A stretch of DNA of 52,875 bases, filler included, from Squatina squatina (GCA_031763465.1; 3 parts of 3 records of this genome joined end to end with filler, not necessarily neighbours in it); one strand, 5' to 3'; numbered from the whole stretch's first letter, positions 24,067-37,244 are shown. Notes: generated by a model not told the origin, from the letters alone. Program-made: numbers and translations.

Positions 24067-25019
24067 CTGAAGAAAAAGCATGTGAAGGATGAACTGGAAT
24101 AAAACAGGGGAGGGAGAGGGGGAATGTTGCATTTTAAAGGTACGATTAATTTCCAATATGGAGTGCTAGGCAGACATCGATGTGTTAATTGAAGTACTTC
24201 GAAGTGGGCTCTGATGTAAATGTGCACAGCTCGCTTCTGTTTTTGATTCATTCCTTTGTTGCTAAGATGCTGGTATGAGGGACAGTCATGTGGAATCTGT
24301 AAGGTTCTACTGAGGTTTGGTTAGTTTGAATTGAAATGAGTCATTACAGTCTGGCTGCCAGGTTTTAGGAGAATGTGGGCGGCAGTATTAAATACTGGAT
24401 AATCTTTAACAGAGCATGTGAACGCCGTCTCATCAGCCTGGTGCCTGCTTTGGGTTTTCATATCTCTGTGAACAGACTACAGTCAAGTCATTAAATCAGT
24501 TCTTCATTTAAAGTTTCCAACCTTGACAAAGTGTCATAGTTAAGGATTTATGATGTACATCAGTGTCTGGGTTCTTTAATCACAGAGGCTTAATGATTTT
24601 AACAAAATAATCATGGAAAATAATCAAATAAAAGTCTAACAGAGGGTCCAATACTGGCAATGTAACAACATAACATTATGCTATTACTGTTACTCAGAAA
24701 AGTACCCCATATATTCCTGGTTAGAAGATGAATCTTTTCACAAGGCTTACATAAGATAGGATTGAAATTTTTCATTTTAATGTATTTTCAAGATCTACAA
24801 CTGGCATTAACCATATTTATTATTGATGTTATAAATTGCAGGAGTGAGACATTTTCATCAATAATTGATGGCAGTTTCGATTCATCCCATGTTATACATG
24901 TCTGATACAATGTAAATAANNNNNNNNNNNNNNNNNNNNNNNNNNNNNNNNNNNNNNNNNNNNNNNNNNNNNNNNNNNNNNNNNNNNNNNNNNNNNNNNN
25001 NNNNNNNNNNNNNNNNNNN

Positions 25020-25760
25020 CTCCTCCTTAAAGATCACCCATTGTTCTGTTACGGTTTTTCCTGTCAATCTTTGGTTCCATTTTACCCTGGCTAGATCCCG
25101 TCTCATCCCATTGAAGTTAGCCCTCTTCCAATTTAGAAGTTCTACTTTAGATTGTTCCTTGCTCTTCTCCATTGCTAATCTAAACCTTATGGATACGATG
25201 ATCAGGCATACAGAGGACTGTAGGACCTCAATACCTGCCTATGTCATTGGAACTGACATGTACCACAACTTCTAAGCTCACTCCCTTCCCCCTGCAGAAT
25301 ATTCTGCACCCTCCCCATGATGTCCTTTACCCTGGCACCAGGGAGGCAACATACCATGCGGGACTCACAATGACGGTTACAGAAACGCCTGTCTGTCCCC
25401 CTAACTATGGAATCTCCTATAACGACTGCATTTCTACTCTTTGCTGTTCCCCCATGTGTAGTCCTTTGCCCATTGGTGCCGTGGTCTGGACTGCACTCCT
25501 TGAAAGTGTCGTCACTCCCAGCAGTCTCCAATGCTGAGTTTGAGTTTGAGTTTGGCACGCACCCCGAGGACTCCTGCACTTCCTGCCTTTTCCTTCTCTT
25601 CTGGGTGGCCACCCATTTACTATTCTGAACTCTCTCTACCTGTGGGGTGGCCACCTCCTGGAACGCACGATCCAGGAAACTCTCAGCCTCCCTGATGCTC
25701 TGCAGTGACTCCAGCTGCCGCTCAAGCTCAGAAACCCTGAGCATGGAAATCAAAATCCGG
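25020..25760 (-). mobile_element. CR1 LINE fragment: ORF1 esterase joined to the post-endonuclease part of ORF2
   Basis: VVIGDSIVRGTDRRFCNRHCESRMVCCLPGARVKDI (SGNH/GDSL-type ORF1), then MEKSKEQSKVELLNWKRANFNGMRRDLARVKWNQRLTGKTVTEQWVIFKEE (ORF2). Confidence 0.85.
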
Positions 25761-25994
25761 AGAGATATAAAACGGGCTGTCGACTCGCTATCACCAGTTT
25801 TACACTATCTCACAAAATCAAGATCTACTCATTAGTTTCTGAAGCTAACACACCTACTTCAAGTTAATAAATTGGGCCCACAGTCATCTCTGGTCATTCA
25901 CTAGTCACTATCTAACTCACCCTTGACGCCCCACCCCCAGTGCTTGGACCTAAAGCCGGTACTGATCATAGAGCAAGGAATGAGCCCTGATACA

Positions 25995-26270
25995 GAACAG
26001 AGATAAACTCAACAATCTGTTATCAATTGGAGCAGAAACGCTCCTTAGAGACAACAAGGTTAAATACTATGAGCAGGGGAACAAATCAGGAAAACTGCTA
26101 TCTTACACTCTGCAACAGTAGGTACAGAACAGAATGTCACATCAGTTAGGAAAGCAGATGGTGTGTTAACCTCTGATCCCAGTAAAATCATCAAAGAACT
26201 TGCAGTTTCTTTTACCTCACAATACACATCAGAGTCTCAGACCATCCCGCAGGAAGCATCCCAGCATCTT
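25995..26270 (+). mobile_element. L1-clade LINE ORF2 fragment
   Basis: KYYEQGNKSGKLLSYTLQ followed by LTSDPSKIIKELAVSFTSQYTSES, resembling the EN-RT linker of fish L1 ORF2. Confidence 0.6.
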
Positions 26271-27329
26271 NNNNNNNNNNNNNNNNNNNNNNNNNNNNNN
26301 NNNNNNNNNNNNNNNNNNNNNNNNNNNNNNNNNNNNNNNNNNNNNNNNNNNNNNNNNNNNNNNNNNNNNNNNNNNNNNNNNNNNNNNNNNNNNNNNNNNN
26401 NNNNNNNNNNNNNNNNNNNNNNNNNNNNNNNNNNNNNNNNNNNNNNNNNNNNNNNNNNNNNNNNNNNNNNNNNNNNNNNNNNNNNNNNNNNNNNNNNNNN
26501 NNNNNNNNNNNNNNNNNNNNNNNNNNNNNNNNNNNNNNNNNNNNNNNNNNNNNNNNNNNNNNNNNNNNNNNNNNNNNNNNNNNNNNNNNNNNNNNNNNNN
26601 NNNNNNNNNNNNNNNNNNNNNNNNNNNNNNNNNNNNNNNNNNNNNNNNNNNNNNNNNNNNNNNNNNNNNNNNNNNNNNNNNNNNNNNNNNNNNNNNNNNN
26701 NNNNNNNNNNNNNNNNNNNNNNNNNNNNNNNNNNNNNNNNNNNNNNNNNNNNNNNNNNNNNNNNNNNNNNNNNNNNNNNNNNNNNNNNNNNNNNNNNNNN
26801 NNNNNNNNNNNNNNNNNNNNNNNNNNNNNNNNNNNNNNNNNNNNNNNNNNNNNNNNNNNNNNNNNNNNNNNNNNNNNNNNNNNNNNNNNNNNNNNNNNNN
26901 NNNNNNNNNNNNNNNNNNNNNNNNNNNNNNNNNNNNNNNNNNNNNNNNNNNNNNNNNNNNNNNNNNNNNNNNNNNNNNNNNNNNNNNNNNNNNNNNNNNN
27001 NNNNNNNNNNNNNNNNNNNNNNNNNNNNNNNNNNNNNNNNNNNNNNNNNNNNNNNNNNNNNNNNNNNNNNNNNNNNNNNNNNNNNNNNNNNNNNNNNNNN
27101 NNNNNNNNNNNNNNNNNNNNNNNNNNNNNNNNNNNNNNNNNNNNNNNNNNNNNNNNNNNNNNNNNNNNNNNNNNNNNNNNNNNNNNNNNNNNNNNNNNNN
27201 NNNNNNNNNNNNNNNNNNNNNNNNNNNNNNNNNNATGAATTCTGCAGCTGGTGGGGCGGGGCAGGAGCGATCACGAGAAATGCCGATTCCAGCCCCGTAA
27301 GTGCCCCAATGAATTTCAGCCCCAAAATA

Positions 27330-27550
27330 TTTTAAAAAGCTGCTGGCAGATAATTTAAAAGAAAGAGCTAAAAATTGGATAGGACTGCTTGCGGATAATG
27401 GTATGGTGAAGATATTAAGCAAATATTTGACAGCAATTTTTACAACTGAATGTGGAAGAGAAAATGTTGGTGTGCCAGACGACAATGTGGAACAATTGCT
27501 AGAGATAACTACAGATAAGGAACTGGTCCTGGCAAAAGTAGCAGAACCCA
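27330..27550 (+). mobile_element. Old CR1 ORF2 fragment
   Basis: MVKILSKYLTAIFTTE...LEITTDKELVLAKV resembles the CR1 pre-RT motif (LNxYFxSVFTxE). Confidence 0.55.
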
Positions 27551-27552
27551 AG

Positions 27553-27715
27553 CTGGAACTCCCTCCCCAAAGAAACTCCGCATCTCCACCTCTTTGACCA
27601 GGTTTTTAGTCACCACTCCTATTAGCTCCTTCTTTGGCTCAGGATCCATTTTCCCTCGTGCATTTTGGGATTTTTTTCTTTGCTAAATGTGCTATATAAT
27701 TGAAAGTTGTTGTCG
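27553..27715 (+). mobile_element. L2-type 3' tail
   Basis: ctggaactccctccc...ctctttgacc...gctatataa...gttgttg, matching 52020-52212. Confidence 0.55.
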
Positions 27716-28809
27716 TCATCCTATTCTCGAGTCACCATCTCATTCAAATTACAGCACTATCTCTGGAAGCAGCTCGACAATATAAATGCAGCATTTGGCA
27801 AGATTCCTAATGATATTTCTACCTGCATGTGCCAAGTGACTGGGGAAGCTGCATGTGCATAAAACTACTTTGTTGGCTCATCTGATGGTTCACCGAATTT
27901 CCCTAATGACCAGAAAGGCCCCAGGCTTTATCCCTAGTTTATGTGACGTCAGCTCATAGGGCGTTCTACAATTGGCCAAACAGCCCAGAATACAAAAAGG
28001 AGGAAATCCTCCAGCATTCCTGCTTATCACTATCCAGCTACCTGGTGTTTGGGCAGTAGGGTCAGCTATGATGCTCATCACAGTTGAATGGTTTCCAACA
28101 AACATGAAAATTTACCATTTTATGAGACTAGATTATATGATTAAAATTGGGAGACGACAACGTCAATGGATTTTCTAATCAGGGATCACTGAGTAATGTT
28201 TTCACTGCTACCTGCTTTTTACTTGCATTTGTAAAATATTTGTGTCTTATCTTGTGAAACATCCTATCATTTAAAATTTACAAGGTTCACCAAGAACATT
28301 GCTCTCCTAATAATGTGCTCATTAAGTTCGCATGGCTATTCTCAGCCTTGAGATATTGAAACACAAGTGCAGATTTTTTGCTCAAATATGCAAGGAATTG
28401 AGGACTAATTTGATACAAAACACTCCAAGACTGCAACTGCAGAAGCAACATATTAACTGAATTTTGTAACACCGGGTATTTTGCCTTCAGGAGATAACAT
28501 GTCAAGGTCTATGACGCAACCCATTTTTAAAAAAAATCATGTTGAACACGTTGCCAATTAGGACAACACTGTCCTTCTGGGAAAAGCTTTTAAAACATAT
28601 TGGATGCCTAATTGGTCTGTGTTGCGTTTTAAACGCAAGGGGACCAAAAGCGTGTCCGTTGTGCCTGTTTTGCGCTGCTCTGTTATTTCGCGGTATTATG
28701 CTCTTTAAANNNNNNNNNNNNNNNNNNNNNNNNNNNNNNNNNNNNNNNNNNNNNNNNNNNNNNNNNNNNNNNNNNNNNNNNNNNNNNNNNNNNNNNNNNN
28801 NNNNNNNNN

Positions 28810-29525
28810 TGCTGGAAAGGCTGGGATCAAGCTCTGAGCAACGCTCCTGTGCCACGCTGTGTGCTGGACTCCTCCATGCTCCTTGGCATTGTCTGCAGAC
28901 TTTCTGGCAGGCTTCCCAATGCACAAGCATTTCGTTGCACATACCCATTGGCATTCTTCTGTAGGCTGCCCCTTCGAAGTACTCATCTGCGTCCTTTATA
29001 GCGGAATCCATCTGCAACCTCGCCCTCTGGCGAGCTGGCACCTGCGCTATCCTTGCCTCCGGCCCTTGCTGCAGCCCACTTGGCCCGGTGTCTCACCCCG
29101 TGCAGAGCCTGCCTCTAATCTATCCTCTAAGATCCGCGCAGCGTCAGTATCTGAGCTGGTGACTGCGAGTGTGAAATTAAGTGACGGTGCTTTGTCTTCC
29201 TCATCACTCTCTTCTTGGTGTTCCTCCGTTGCCTTGCCAGGTTGTACCCCTTGGATATCTGTAAGGGAAAAGGCACTAGGGTAAGGTTATGGTGCGAGGC
29301 GGGTGGGGTAAGTTAGAAATGCATGCTTTCACCATCTGCAGCTTGTAAATCCGAAGAAAGTGTGGGATGAGGGAGACTGGGATGTAAGAAGGAGGATTAG
29401 GTATGAGGATACTGTCATCTTCAATGGATTCAGTCCCTCCACTGGCCACAGCCTCAGCAATGGCCTGCCTGATAATGGCCAGCACCAACTCCACCATGGG
29501 GATTAGGACACACAGGCACACCTGT
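28810..29525 (-). mobile_element. Possible Harbinger second-ORF (Myb/SANT partner) remnant
   Basis: GC-rich degraded coding-like sequence (DADEYFEGAAYRRMPMGMCNEML). Assigned by recollection only. Confidence 0.3.
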
Positions 29526-29625
29526 NNNNNNNNNNNNNNNNNNNNNNNNNNNNNNNNNNNNNNNNNNNNNNNNNNNNNNNNNNNNNNNNNNNNNNNNNNN
29601 NNNNNNNNNNNNNNNNNNNNNNNNN

Positions 29626-29680
29626 TCTATATGTAGATTAAAATCACCCATGATTACAATTGTACCCTTATTGCAAGGAA
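29626..29680 (-). mobile_element. CR1 endonuclease fragment
   Basis: CNKGTIVIMGDFNLHI contains the APE-type GDFN motif. Confidence 0.7.
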
Positions 29681-31009
29681 GCTTGCAGTTTGCTGTAAAA
29701 CCCAATTGATTCACTAATAGCCTCAGGACAAGAAGCTTGCCACCTCAACATCAACAGCTCGCATTTGTATAGCTCATTTAACATATTGAAACGTCCCAAG
29801 GCAATTAAGCTAGGCCAGACATCTACTTAGTCTGGCCTACATTTGACTCTAGCCCACACTACATGATTGAATCTTAATGTCCTTTGAAGTGGCCGAGCAG
29901 GCCACTTAGATGTACAAAAAATTGCTACAATTAAGCATCATCACCACAAGCACTGCAGCAGTTCACGTTGCAGGGTGACTAGGGATGGCAATAAATGCAG
30001 CGTCACCTGCGTCACCTACATGCCAAATGAAATAATTCAATTTTCCATTATCTTTTAAATAATTTAAAGTGAACTTGTGTAGAAAAACATAGTGGAGGAA
30101 ATCATGATATACTGTAGTTACTTTCTAATAAGTGATACAGGCTTTGTCACTCATGAGATATTTGTAATGCTGAACTACACCCTCATAATTATTTTGATAT
30201 TTACTGTCAAAATAGCTGCAGGTACAGCAAGTTTCTCTCTGCCAGGTATAAAATGACAAAATGATAGATGATTGTACATAAATATATTACCACTTTATCT
30301 TAATTTGTATCAAAAATGTATTTATCATTAAAATGCCATAGATAATAAGCTTTCCACTTCACCTTTGTGAACTACCCTGCCTGTAAAATGGGATGATCAC
30401 CCAAGAAACAAACTTATCTTCAGTTATCAATACAGCTCACCTTTTACTGCCTCTGTGTGTAGATCGTAATCCAAATGCTTGCTATGAATGCTAATGTATT
30501 GACACTTGAATTCAGCACAGTTGAAGAAATAACTATATTAAAAAATTGTCTCTAAAGCTTAGAAAGTTAAACATAGATTGACACCAAAGGACAAAACAAA
30601 AATTGCTCAGCAATTAAGNNNNNNNNNNNNNNNNNNNNNNNNNNNNNNNNNNNNNNNNNNNNNNNNNNNNNNNNNNNNNNNNNNNNNNNNNNNNNNNNNN
30701 NNNNNNNNNNNNNNNNNNTATTAGTTAGAACAATGTCGCAAATGGGGGGAAAACATTGTTTGACTGGGCGGGATGTTTGGAGGCAGGAGAGCATGTAATG
30801 AAACCTGGGGGAATATGTCCAACCAGAGCTGGCAACTCTGCATCTCAGTCACATATTGCAGTTCACAGGGAGCTAAATGGACTTGTAAAAAGCCCTACCC
30901 AAGCTGCTCAAAAATTCCCTGGAATTGTTACCAGTCTCAAAAGTTAATATGGCATGCTTTCAGCACCATGCTTTATATAAGTCGTTAAACTAAAACAGTT
31001 ACTGACACT

Positions 31010-31410
31010 CAAGCGCAGTACTGAGGAAGCACTGCATAGTTGGAGGCGCTGTCCTTTCAATGAGACAAAGCTGCCCATTCATAGACAATGGACGAAAAAA
31101 ATCTAGCCTTAAATAGAGATCCCAGTTGCTTATTCAGGCAGATGTTAAAGATTCCATGGCACTACTTGAAGAGCAAGGAGTTGTCCAAGTGTCCTAGCAA
31201 ACATTTTTTGCTTCAAGCAAAAGCATCAAAAAATAACTGAGTAAATTGTCGTTCATCTCATTGATGTTTTTATTAATATTGCTGATCCAGTATGCTGCAT
31301 TTGTCTACATAACGATCAATCATTACACTTCAAAAGTAATTTATTTTATTAAATCCTTTGAGGTGTCTCAACGATGTGATAATAAGCTATATAAATTCCA
31401 GTATTTCCTT
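31010..31410 (+). mobile_element. Deu-domain SINE
   Basis: gcagtactgaggaagcactgc...gatgttaaagattccatggcactacttgaagagcaaggagtt...gtgtcctagcaaacatt, collinear with the copy at 48514-48858. Confidence 0.6.
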
Positions 31411-32166
31411 CTACAATAGTTAAATTTCTTCATTTTCATGTATTTGAGGTAATATTGCATGATTACCACATGCAGAAGAATCCTAAGCCCTATTTTTAAA
31501 TATGAGATGTGGTGTGAAATCCAGTGCCTGAGTGAAACCGGCATTAGACAGTTAGTCTGGTGCCCTACTTACAGAGTAATCTATTGCTTCAGCAGAAGTT
31601 TTCAGGCCAGTGTGACGCTGGAGACACAGAAGTGTAAACAATTTCTAGAGTCTGTCCCGAAAGGCGTTGCCATTACTTGGCGACTTAGAATGCTAACAAG
31701 GTGACATCAACTGTGCTTGATGTCATCCTGCTGGTGTCTGTCCATCACCACACTGTTATCAACAATCCAAGGTACCCTGGTGAGTCTGCAGTGTAAACAG
31801 GGCAAGATCTGTTAATTATCTCTGTGATACCTGAATTGAACTTTACCCGAGTCATTCCAAGTGCTGGTATAAATGTGTTTTAACATGCTGCCACTTCTAA
31901 CAGATAGCAGGAGCCTGCTTCTTAAAATCTGTGCATAAATTTATAGGCGAATTATATGCATGTGGTTCACATAAAATATAAGGTGATGGTGCGGCACCTT
32001 AGAAAAAGTATGTTGAAATGCTAACTGCCCTCGTCCCATAGGCCTCTAACATGTCCATTACTGAAAATGGAAAGGTGAAGTAGCAGGAAAATGCACTGCT
32101 TGGAATAAAATATATCTACTTATTAATTAATGTTTGCTTCTGTCTCTGTTCATATACAGAACAGAG

Positions 32167-32266
32167 NNNNNNNNNNNNNNNNNNNNNNNNNNNNNNNNNN
32201 NNNNNNNNNNTTAATTAATTAANNNNNNNNNNNNNNNNNNNNNNNNNNNNNNNNNNNNNNNNNNNN
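32167..32266. other. Artificial scaffold linker (44N-TTAATTAATTAA-44N)
   Basis: The 12-mer lies at 32211-32222, with the same layout as 18230-18329. Confidence 0.95.
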
Positions 32267-33212
32267 AGCGCATTGCAACCGAAAATATTTAGCTAACAGC
32301 TTGAAGTTTTATATTTGAGCTGAGGAGCTGGGCTGCCGGCTGTCTGGGTAGAATTGTAATAAACAGCAGCTGGTTTCAATTTCTTTTGGAGGTGATTGTG
32401 AGGTTTAATTTATTTGTTAGCTGTGCCCTCTGACCCCAGCCTGTCGTGTGTCCAGTTCGATTGGCCTCACTCCCAGTGTGAAACATTCATCCTCTCACAG
32501 CACAGCATTGAGCTGGAACTCTTAAAAGTGGCAGACATCTGCCTTAAATAGGAAACCTTCTTTTAACGGGCCATCTGTTCTCCAGGCTATGTGTATCTAA
32601 CGATTTGTACGAGGGGAAATTCATAAACTTTATTGATTAAACATTTTTTTTTGGCCGTAATCAATAGCAGTACTTATACTGTGCTGACTGAAAATGACAG
32701 CAACTGCAAGTAGTGCAGACCTGTTCTCATCAGTTAAGTTAGTCTATGCAACTTGGTGGCATTTGCATCTTTCATGATACACCATTATGTGAGCAGCAGC
32801 TCGTTACATTACTCCTGTTACTGGAGCAAGCACACATCTTATTGCCATACAAATCCAACATAAACTGCACTCTCCACATCCTTCTCTGCACTATTAAGCA
32901 GCCGGGCCCAGCGTGTGCGATGGATAAATAAATTCCACGTATCAATTTCTATGAAGAATTATTTTTAAAATGTTAATATGTGAGGAAATGGTGCTCCCTG
33001 CAGGGGTAAGAATATCATCTTTTGATGTCTGCGTGACTGCTGATACAATCCTGGGCTGAGCCACAGAGATTTTGTTTTTTGTTTGGTTCAGCACGGTAAT
33101 TCATATTCATAGNNNNNNNNNNNNNNNNNNNNNNNNNNNNNNNNNNNNNNNNNNNNNNNNNNNNNNNNNNNNNNNNNNNNNNNNNNNNNNNNNNNNNNNN
33201 NNNNNNNNNNNN

Positions 33213-33285
33213 TGTACTTTCAATTCCTGAGACCAAATCGTTTATCATAGAATCATAGAAATTTACAGCACAGAAGAAGGACATG
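33213..33285 (-). mobile_element. CR1 RT scrap and 3' tail
   Basis: INDLVSGIEST next to catagaatcatagaaatttacagcacagaa (tail repeat). A similar tail lies at 15310-15347. Confidence 0.5.
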
Positions 33286-34224
33286 TCTGTGCTGGCAGAC
33301 AAAGAGTTTATGTCAATGGTGAACATAAGTGGTCCCAGCATGAAACCTGTGGCAGTCTCCAAAGCTCAGTCCCACCACAGGCCAGTGTCAGTGGGTCAGC
33401 TGTTCTCTGTAAAGGGGAGACACGGAGATGTGGCGAGATTAATCCCTGACCCCGTCTGCTGTGTAAAACCTCCAGTTGTTCATCTCTTTAAACTGTCTGC
33501 GAGTGTCTGACGTTTGTGTGCAGAATCGGGGGTGCTGGAGATCAAGAAGGTCAGAGGTCACTAACGGAGCGGTGGAAATCTAAAGCTGTAAAATTAGCAT
33601 GACAGTTCAGTGCGCCCATGGGGTCAAGGAGGTCACCGAGCAGCCGTCAGGTCAGTTCACAACTCTGCAACCGGAGCTTGGAGTTGGAGGCCAGCCTTTA
33701 AAAAATGGCTTGAACTGTAAGTGGGGGGAAATCAATCGCAGGCAGAATGCTCAGCAGGCACTGCGGGTAGACTTTCATTCCGTCTCTCCCACCTCTGATT
33801 TTGCCCTTTCCCGTGTTCTGATGGTTTCTGGTCTGACTCTATTGGTAGCAAAATGTACGCTCAGTGTAAGGCCACTCGGGGATGACCTGTGACCTGCGAG
33901 CTGGTTGAGATATCGACTCAGGGATTGGTTTATAAATAATTGCAGAGTTCCTTGTGGCTCATTGGATCTCAAGGTTGTCTAAGATTGGGGGAGGAGAGAA
34001 TATCCAACTGACTTTGGTGTTGAAAGATTTAATTGAGTTTGTTTTGTAAAACTATTATTTGTTCACCACAGNNNNNNNNNNNNNNNNNNNNNNNNNNNNN
34101 NNNNNNNNNNNNNNNNNNNNNNNNNNNNNNNNNNNNNNNNNNNNNNNNNNNNNNNNNNNNNNNNNNNNNNNGGAACTCCCGGTTTGTACCCTGTGGTCTG
34201 AGCTGATTCTGTTCTCGGTTTCAG

Positions 34225-36827
34225 GGACGCTGTTTGCTGAGCGAGGATTGGAGTTGGGGGTCTTGGAGCCCTTGGATGTGGTGATTGAGGCGCGGGATCG
34301 AGGCTCGCCCGCTCTTTCCTCCTTCACCACCGTCCAGATCAAGGTGCTTGACGTCAATGACCACTCGCCAGACTTCAGCCGGGCTGAGTACACGGCCCAG
34401 GTATTGGAGGACTTGCGTGCTGGGACCACCATCCTCACCTTGGAAGCCCGTGACCAGGACACCTCGCGGGACAACAGCGGCCTCGATTACACCATTGTCA
34501 GTGGCAACACCGCCAATGTGTTTCAGATCGAGAGCAGAGTGCAGTTTGTAGACGGGCGTTTGAAGACTCTGGGCTCCATTGTCCTGCTCGATGGGCTCGA
34601 TTTCGAAACGGTCTCCATCTACAATTTAACCATCGCGGCGTCCGATCGCGGGATCCCCCAGCGCAGCTCCACCGTGTCCGCCATCGTCACGGTGCAGGAT
34701 GTGAACGATAACCCTCCCGCCTTCAACCGCACACAGTACACGGCAGTGGTGAGCGAGAGCGTGGCTGTGGGAGCCGAGATCCTCCGAGTGGCAGCTCATG
34801 ATGCGGATTCAGGTGTGAACGCCATTCTCCGATACACCATCACCTCTGGCGATGAGAACGGGCAGTTTGAGGTGAGCGAGGTGACTGGAATTGTGCGACT
34901 GGTGAAGCCCCTGGACCGAGAGTCTCGGGATCGACACATCCTCATTGTCCAGGTGACCGACAGCCAGAGTGCCCTGACCAACTTTGCGCTGGTCCCATTG
35001 ACGGTGGAGGTCCAGGATGTGAATGATAACCACCCCTTCTTTCCAATGGAAACACTGAGCGCCAACATCCGGGAGAACCTGCCCGCGCACTCACTCGTGA
35101 CTAAAGTCCATGCCATTGACTTCGACGGCGGAGTATTTGGAGAGCTGCGGTACTCGATAATCCGCCAACCCAGCTCCCAGTCAGGGCTCGCAAAAACCAA
35201 AGACATTTTTTACATCAACCAATCCACAGGGGAGCTGCGCACACAACTCTCCTTTGACTTCGAGAAGCTCAACTCCTTCCAGCTCATGGTGAAAGCTGTG
35301 GATTTTGGGAATTCCTCAGCCACAGTCATGGTCCAGGTCCTGGTCACCGGTGAGGATGAGTATGATCCCGTGTTTGTCAACCCAACGTACAATTTTGTTG
35401 TCCCAGAGAATGCAAAGAAGGGCCAGAGCATCGGGCAGGTGGTGGCCACGGATGAGGATGGGGGGCTGGATGGGATCGTTCTCTACTCTCTGTTGACACC
35501 ATCACAGTATTTTGAGGTAAACAAGACCACAGGTGACATCATTCTCAAAATGGACAGCCAGAGACACCAGAGCAAGCGGTCAAAGAGAGAAACACGGACA
35601 ATGACTCTCAACATCCAAGCCAAGATCCCATTGGCTATGTCCAGGTCCACCATCACCCAAGCAAGTATTGACATTACCCAAACCTCCTTTGGACTGGCTC
35701 CCGAGGTGAACTTGCTGCTGATTGTTGCCTTGGCAGCATCTCTGGGCATTGGAGGGATTCTCGCAATCATTGGCTTGGCTCTGGTGATTGTCCGAGCCAG
35801 GCGGCAGAAGAATCGTGAGGAAATGAGTTCGCAGCTCAACAACATTCAAGACAACACCTTGCAGAAACTGAGAGCTGACGATGCCACACTGCCAGCTCGT
35901 GACCGTATCTACCACCAAACCCTGCCGGGATACTCGACCGATCCCACAGNNNNNNNNNNNNNNNNNNNNNNNNNNNNNNNNNNNNNNNNNNNNNNNNNNN
36001 NNNNNNNNNNNNNNNNNNNNNNNNNNNNNNNNGAGGCCGAGGCAGCGGAGGACGATGAAATTCGAATGATAAATGAGTACCCACGGGTGAGCAGCATCAC
36101 CTCCTCCATGCAGGAACACGTTTCTACACGTGGCCCCGACTCTGGTATCCAGCAAGACGCTGACCAGATGTCTGACATCTCCACTGACCCAGGGATGGAA
36201 TTGTTTAAGCAGAAGAAAAGTGGCAGTGTGCTGATGGCTGGGCAGCAGCAGGTTTACAGGGCTGATGGAGGTGGATATGTGGGGCCGGGAGTTTGTCACG
36301 CCAAGGACTATGTCTTTGCTGAAGATGGACGCCCATCAGCCCAGGGATCCCTGACAGCCATTGTCGCCAGTGACGAGGAGCTGAGAGGCAGCTACAACTG
36401 GGACTACCTCCTCAACTGGTGCCCGCAGTTCCAACCATTGGCCAGCGTCTTCACCGAGATCGCCAGGCTCAAGGATGAGAGTGCACCTCGGAAACACTTC
36501 CAGTCTAAACCTAAGGTGGAGCCCAAACCTCGCATCGATCCTCCTCCGCTCATCACCTCTGTGGCCCACCCCANNNNNNNNNNNNNNNNTCGACTGGCAG
36601 TGGGGCGCACCCACAGTCATGTGACGGCGATGCCACGCTCCCCTATCACCAGTGATGCCTCCATAGCGTCAGCAGCCATGTCTCCCAGCTTCTCACCATC
36701 GCTCTCGCCCCTGGCCGCTAGATCACCAGCAGTATCTCCCTTCGATGTCTCGCAAGGACCCTCAACCTCAATTATTAGCACCGAACATTCCTTAGACAAT
36801 ACCGAGGAGGCAGAACTAAGAATTTAA
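34225..36827 (+). CDS. DCHS1: Dachsous cadherin-related 1 (protocadherin-16), last coding exon
   Basis: Acceptor ggtttcAG at 34223-34224, phase 1. Cadherin repeats (DVNDHSP, LDFE, DVNDNPP, LDRE, DVNDNHP), a TM helix, and cytoplasmic motifs GSYNWDYLLNWCPQFQPLASVFTEIARLKDE, PRIDPPPLIT, AAMSPSFSPSLSPLAARSP, ending ELRI*. The frame is kept across two gaps. Confidence 0.93.
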
Positions 36828-37244
36828 TATCCACCTTTGTCACCAGCACTGGCGTTCCCACTCACTCAGGAGGGCAGAGACAGGGCCGAGGTCACAGGTG
36901 CAACTCTCTAAATATTCAGAAAAAAACAGGGACCAGTCCAGTCTGCAATGGGTCCACACCCACAGGATCAAATCTGCACTTAATTCACCATCGCCTGGAT
37001 ACCAGACACAATCCGAATCAGAACCTCAGACAGCTGAGGTGGGGAGTGGAAAAATGACAGAGTTGGAGCAGGAGTCTTTAATCTGAGGATGGGGCTTAAA
37101 TAAATTAACAGTGTAGAGGGAGCTTTACTGTGTATCTAACCCCGNNNNNNNNNNNNNNNNNNNNNNNNNNNNNNNNNNNNNNNNNNNNNNNNNNNNNNNN
37201 NNNNNNNNNNNNNNNNNNNNNNNNNNNNNNNNNNNNNNNNNNNN

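Noticed and set aside
30959-30978. REST/NRSE site (TTCAGCACC; also ~45149)
   Set aside because: Left half only; the GGACAG half is absent.
34285-36799. Alternative-frame and antisense ORFs over DCHS1 (likewise over ANKRD50-like and the EGR promoter)
   Set aside because: They are shadows of GC-rich coding sequence or of the CpG island, with no recognisable motifs.
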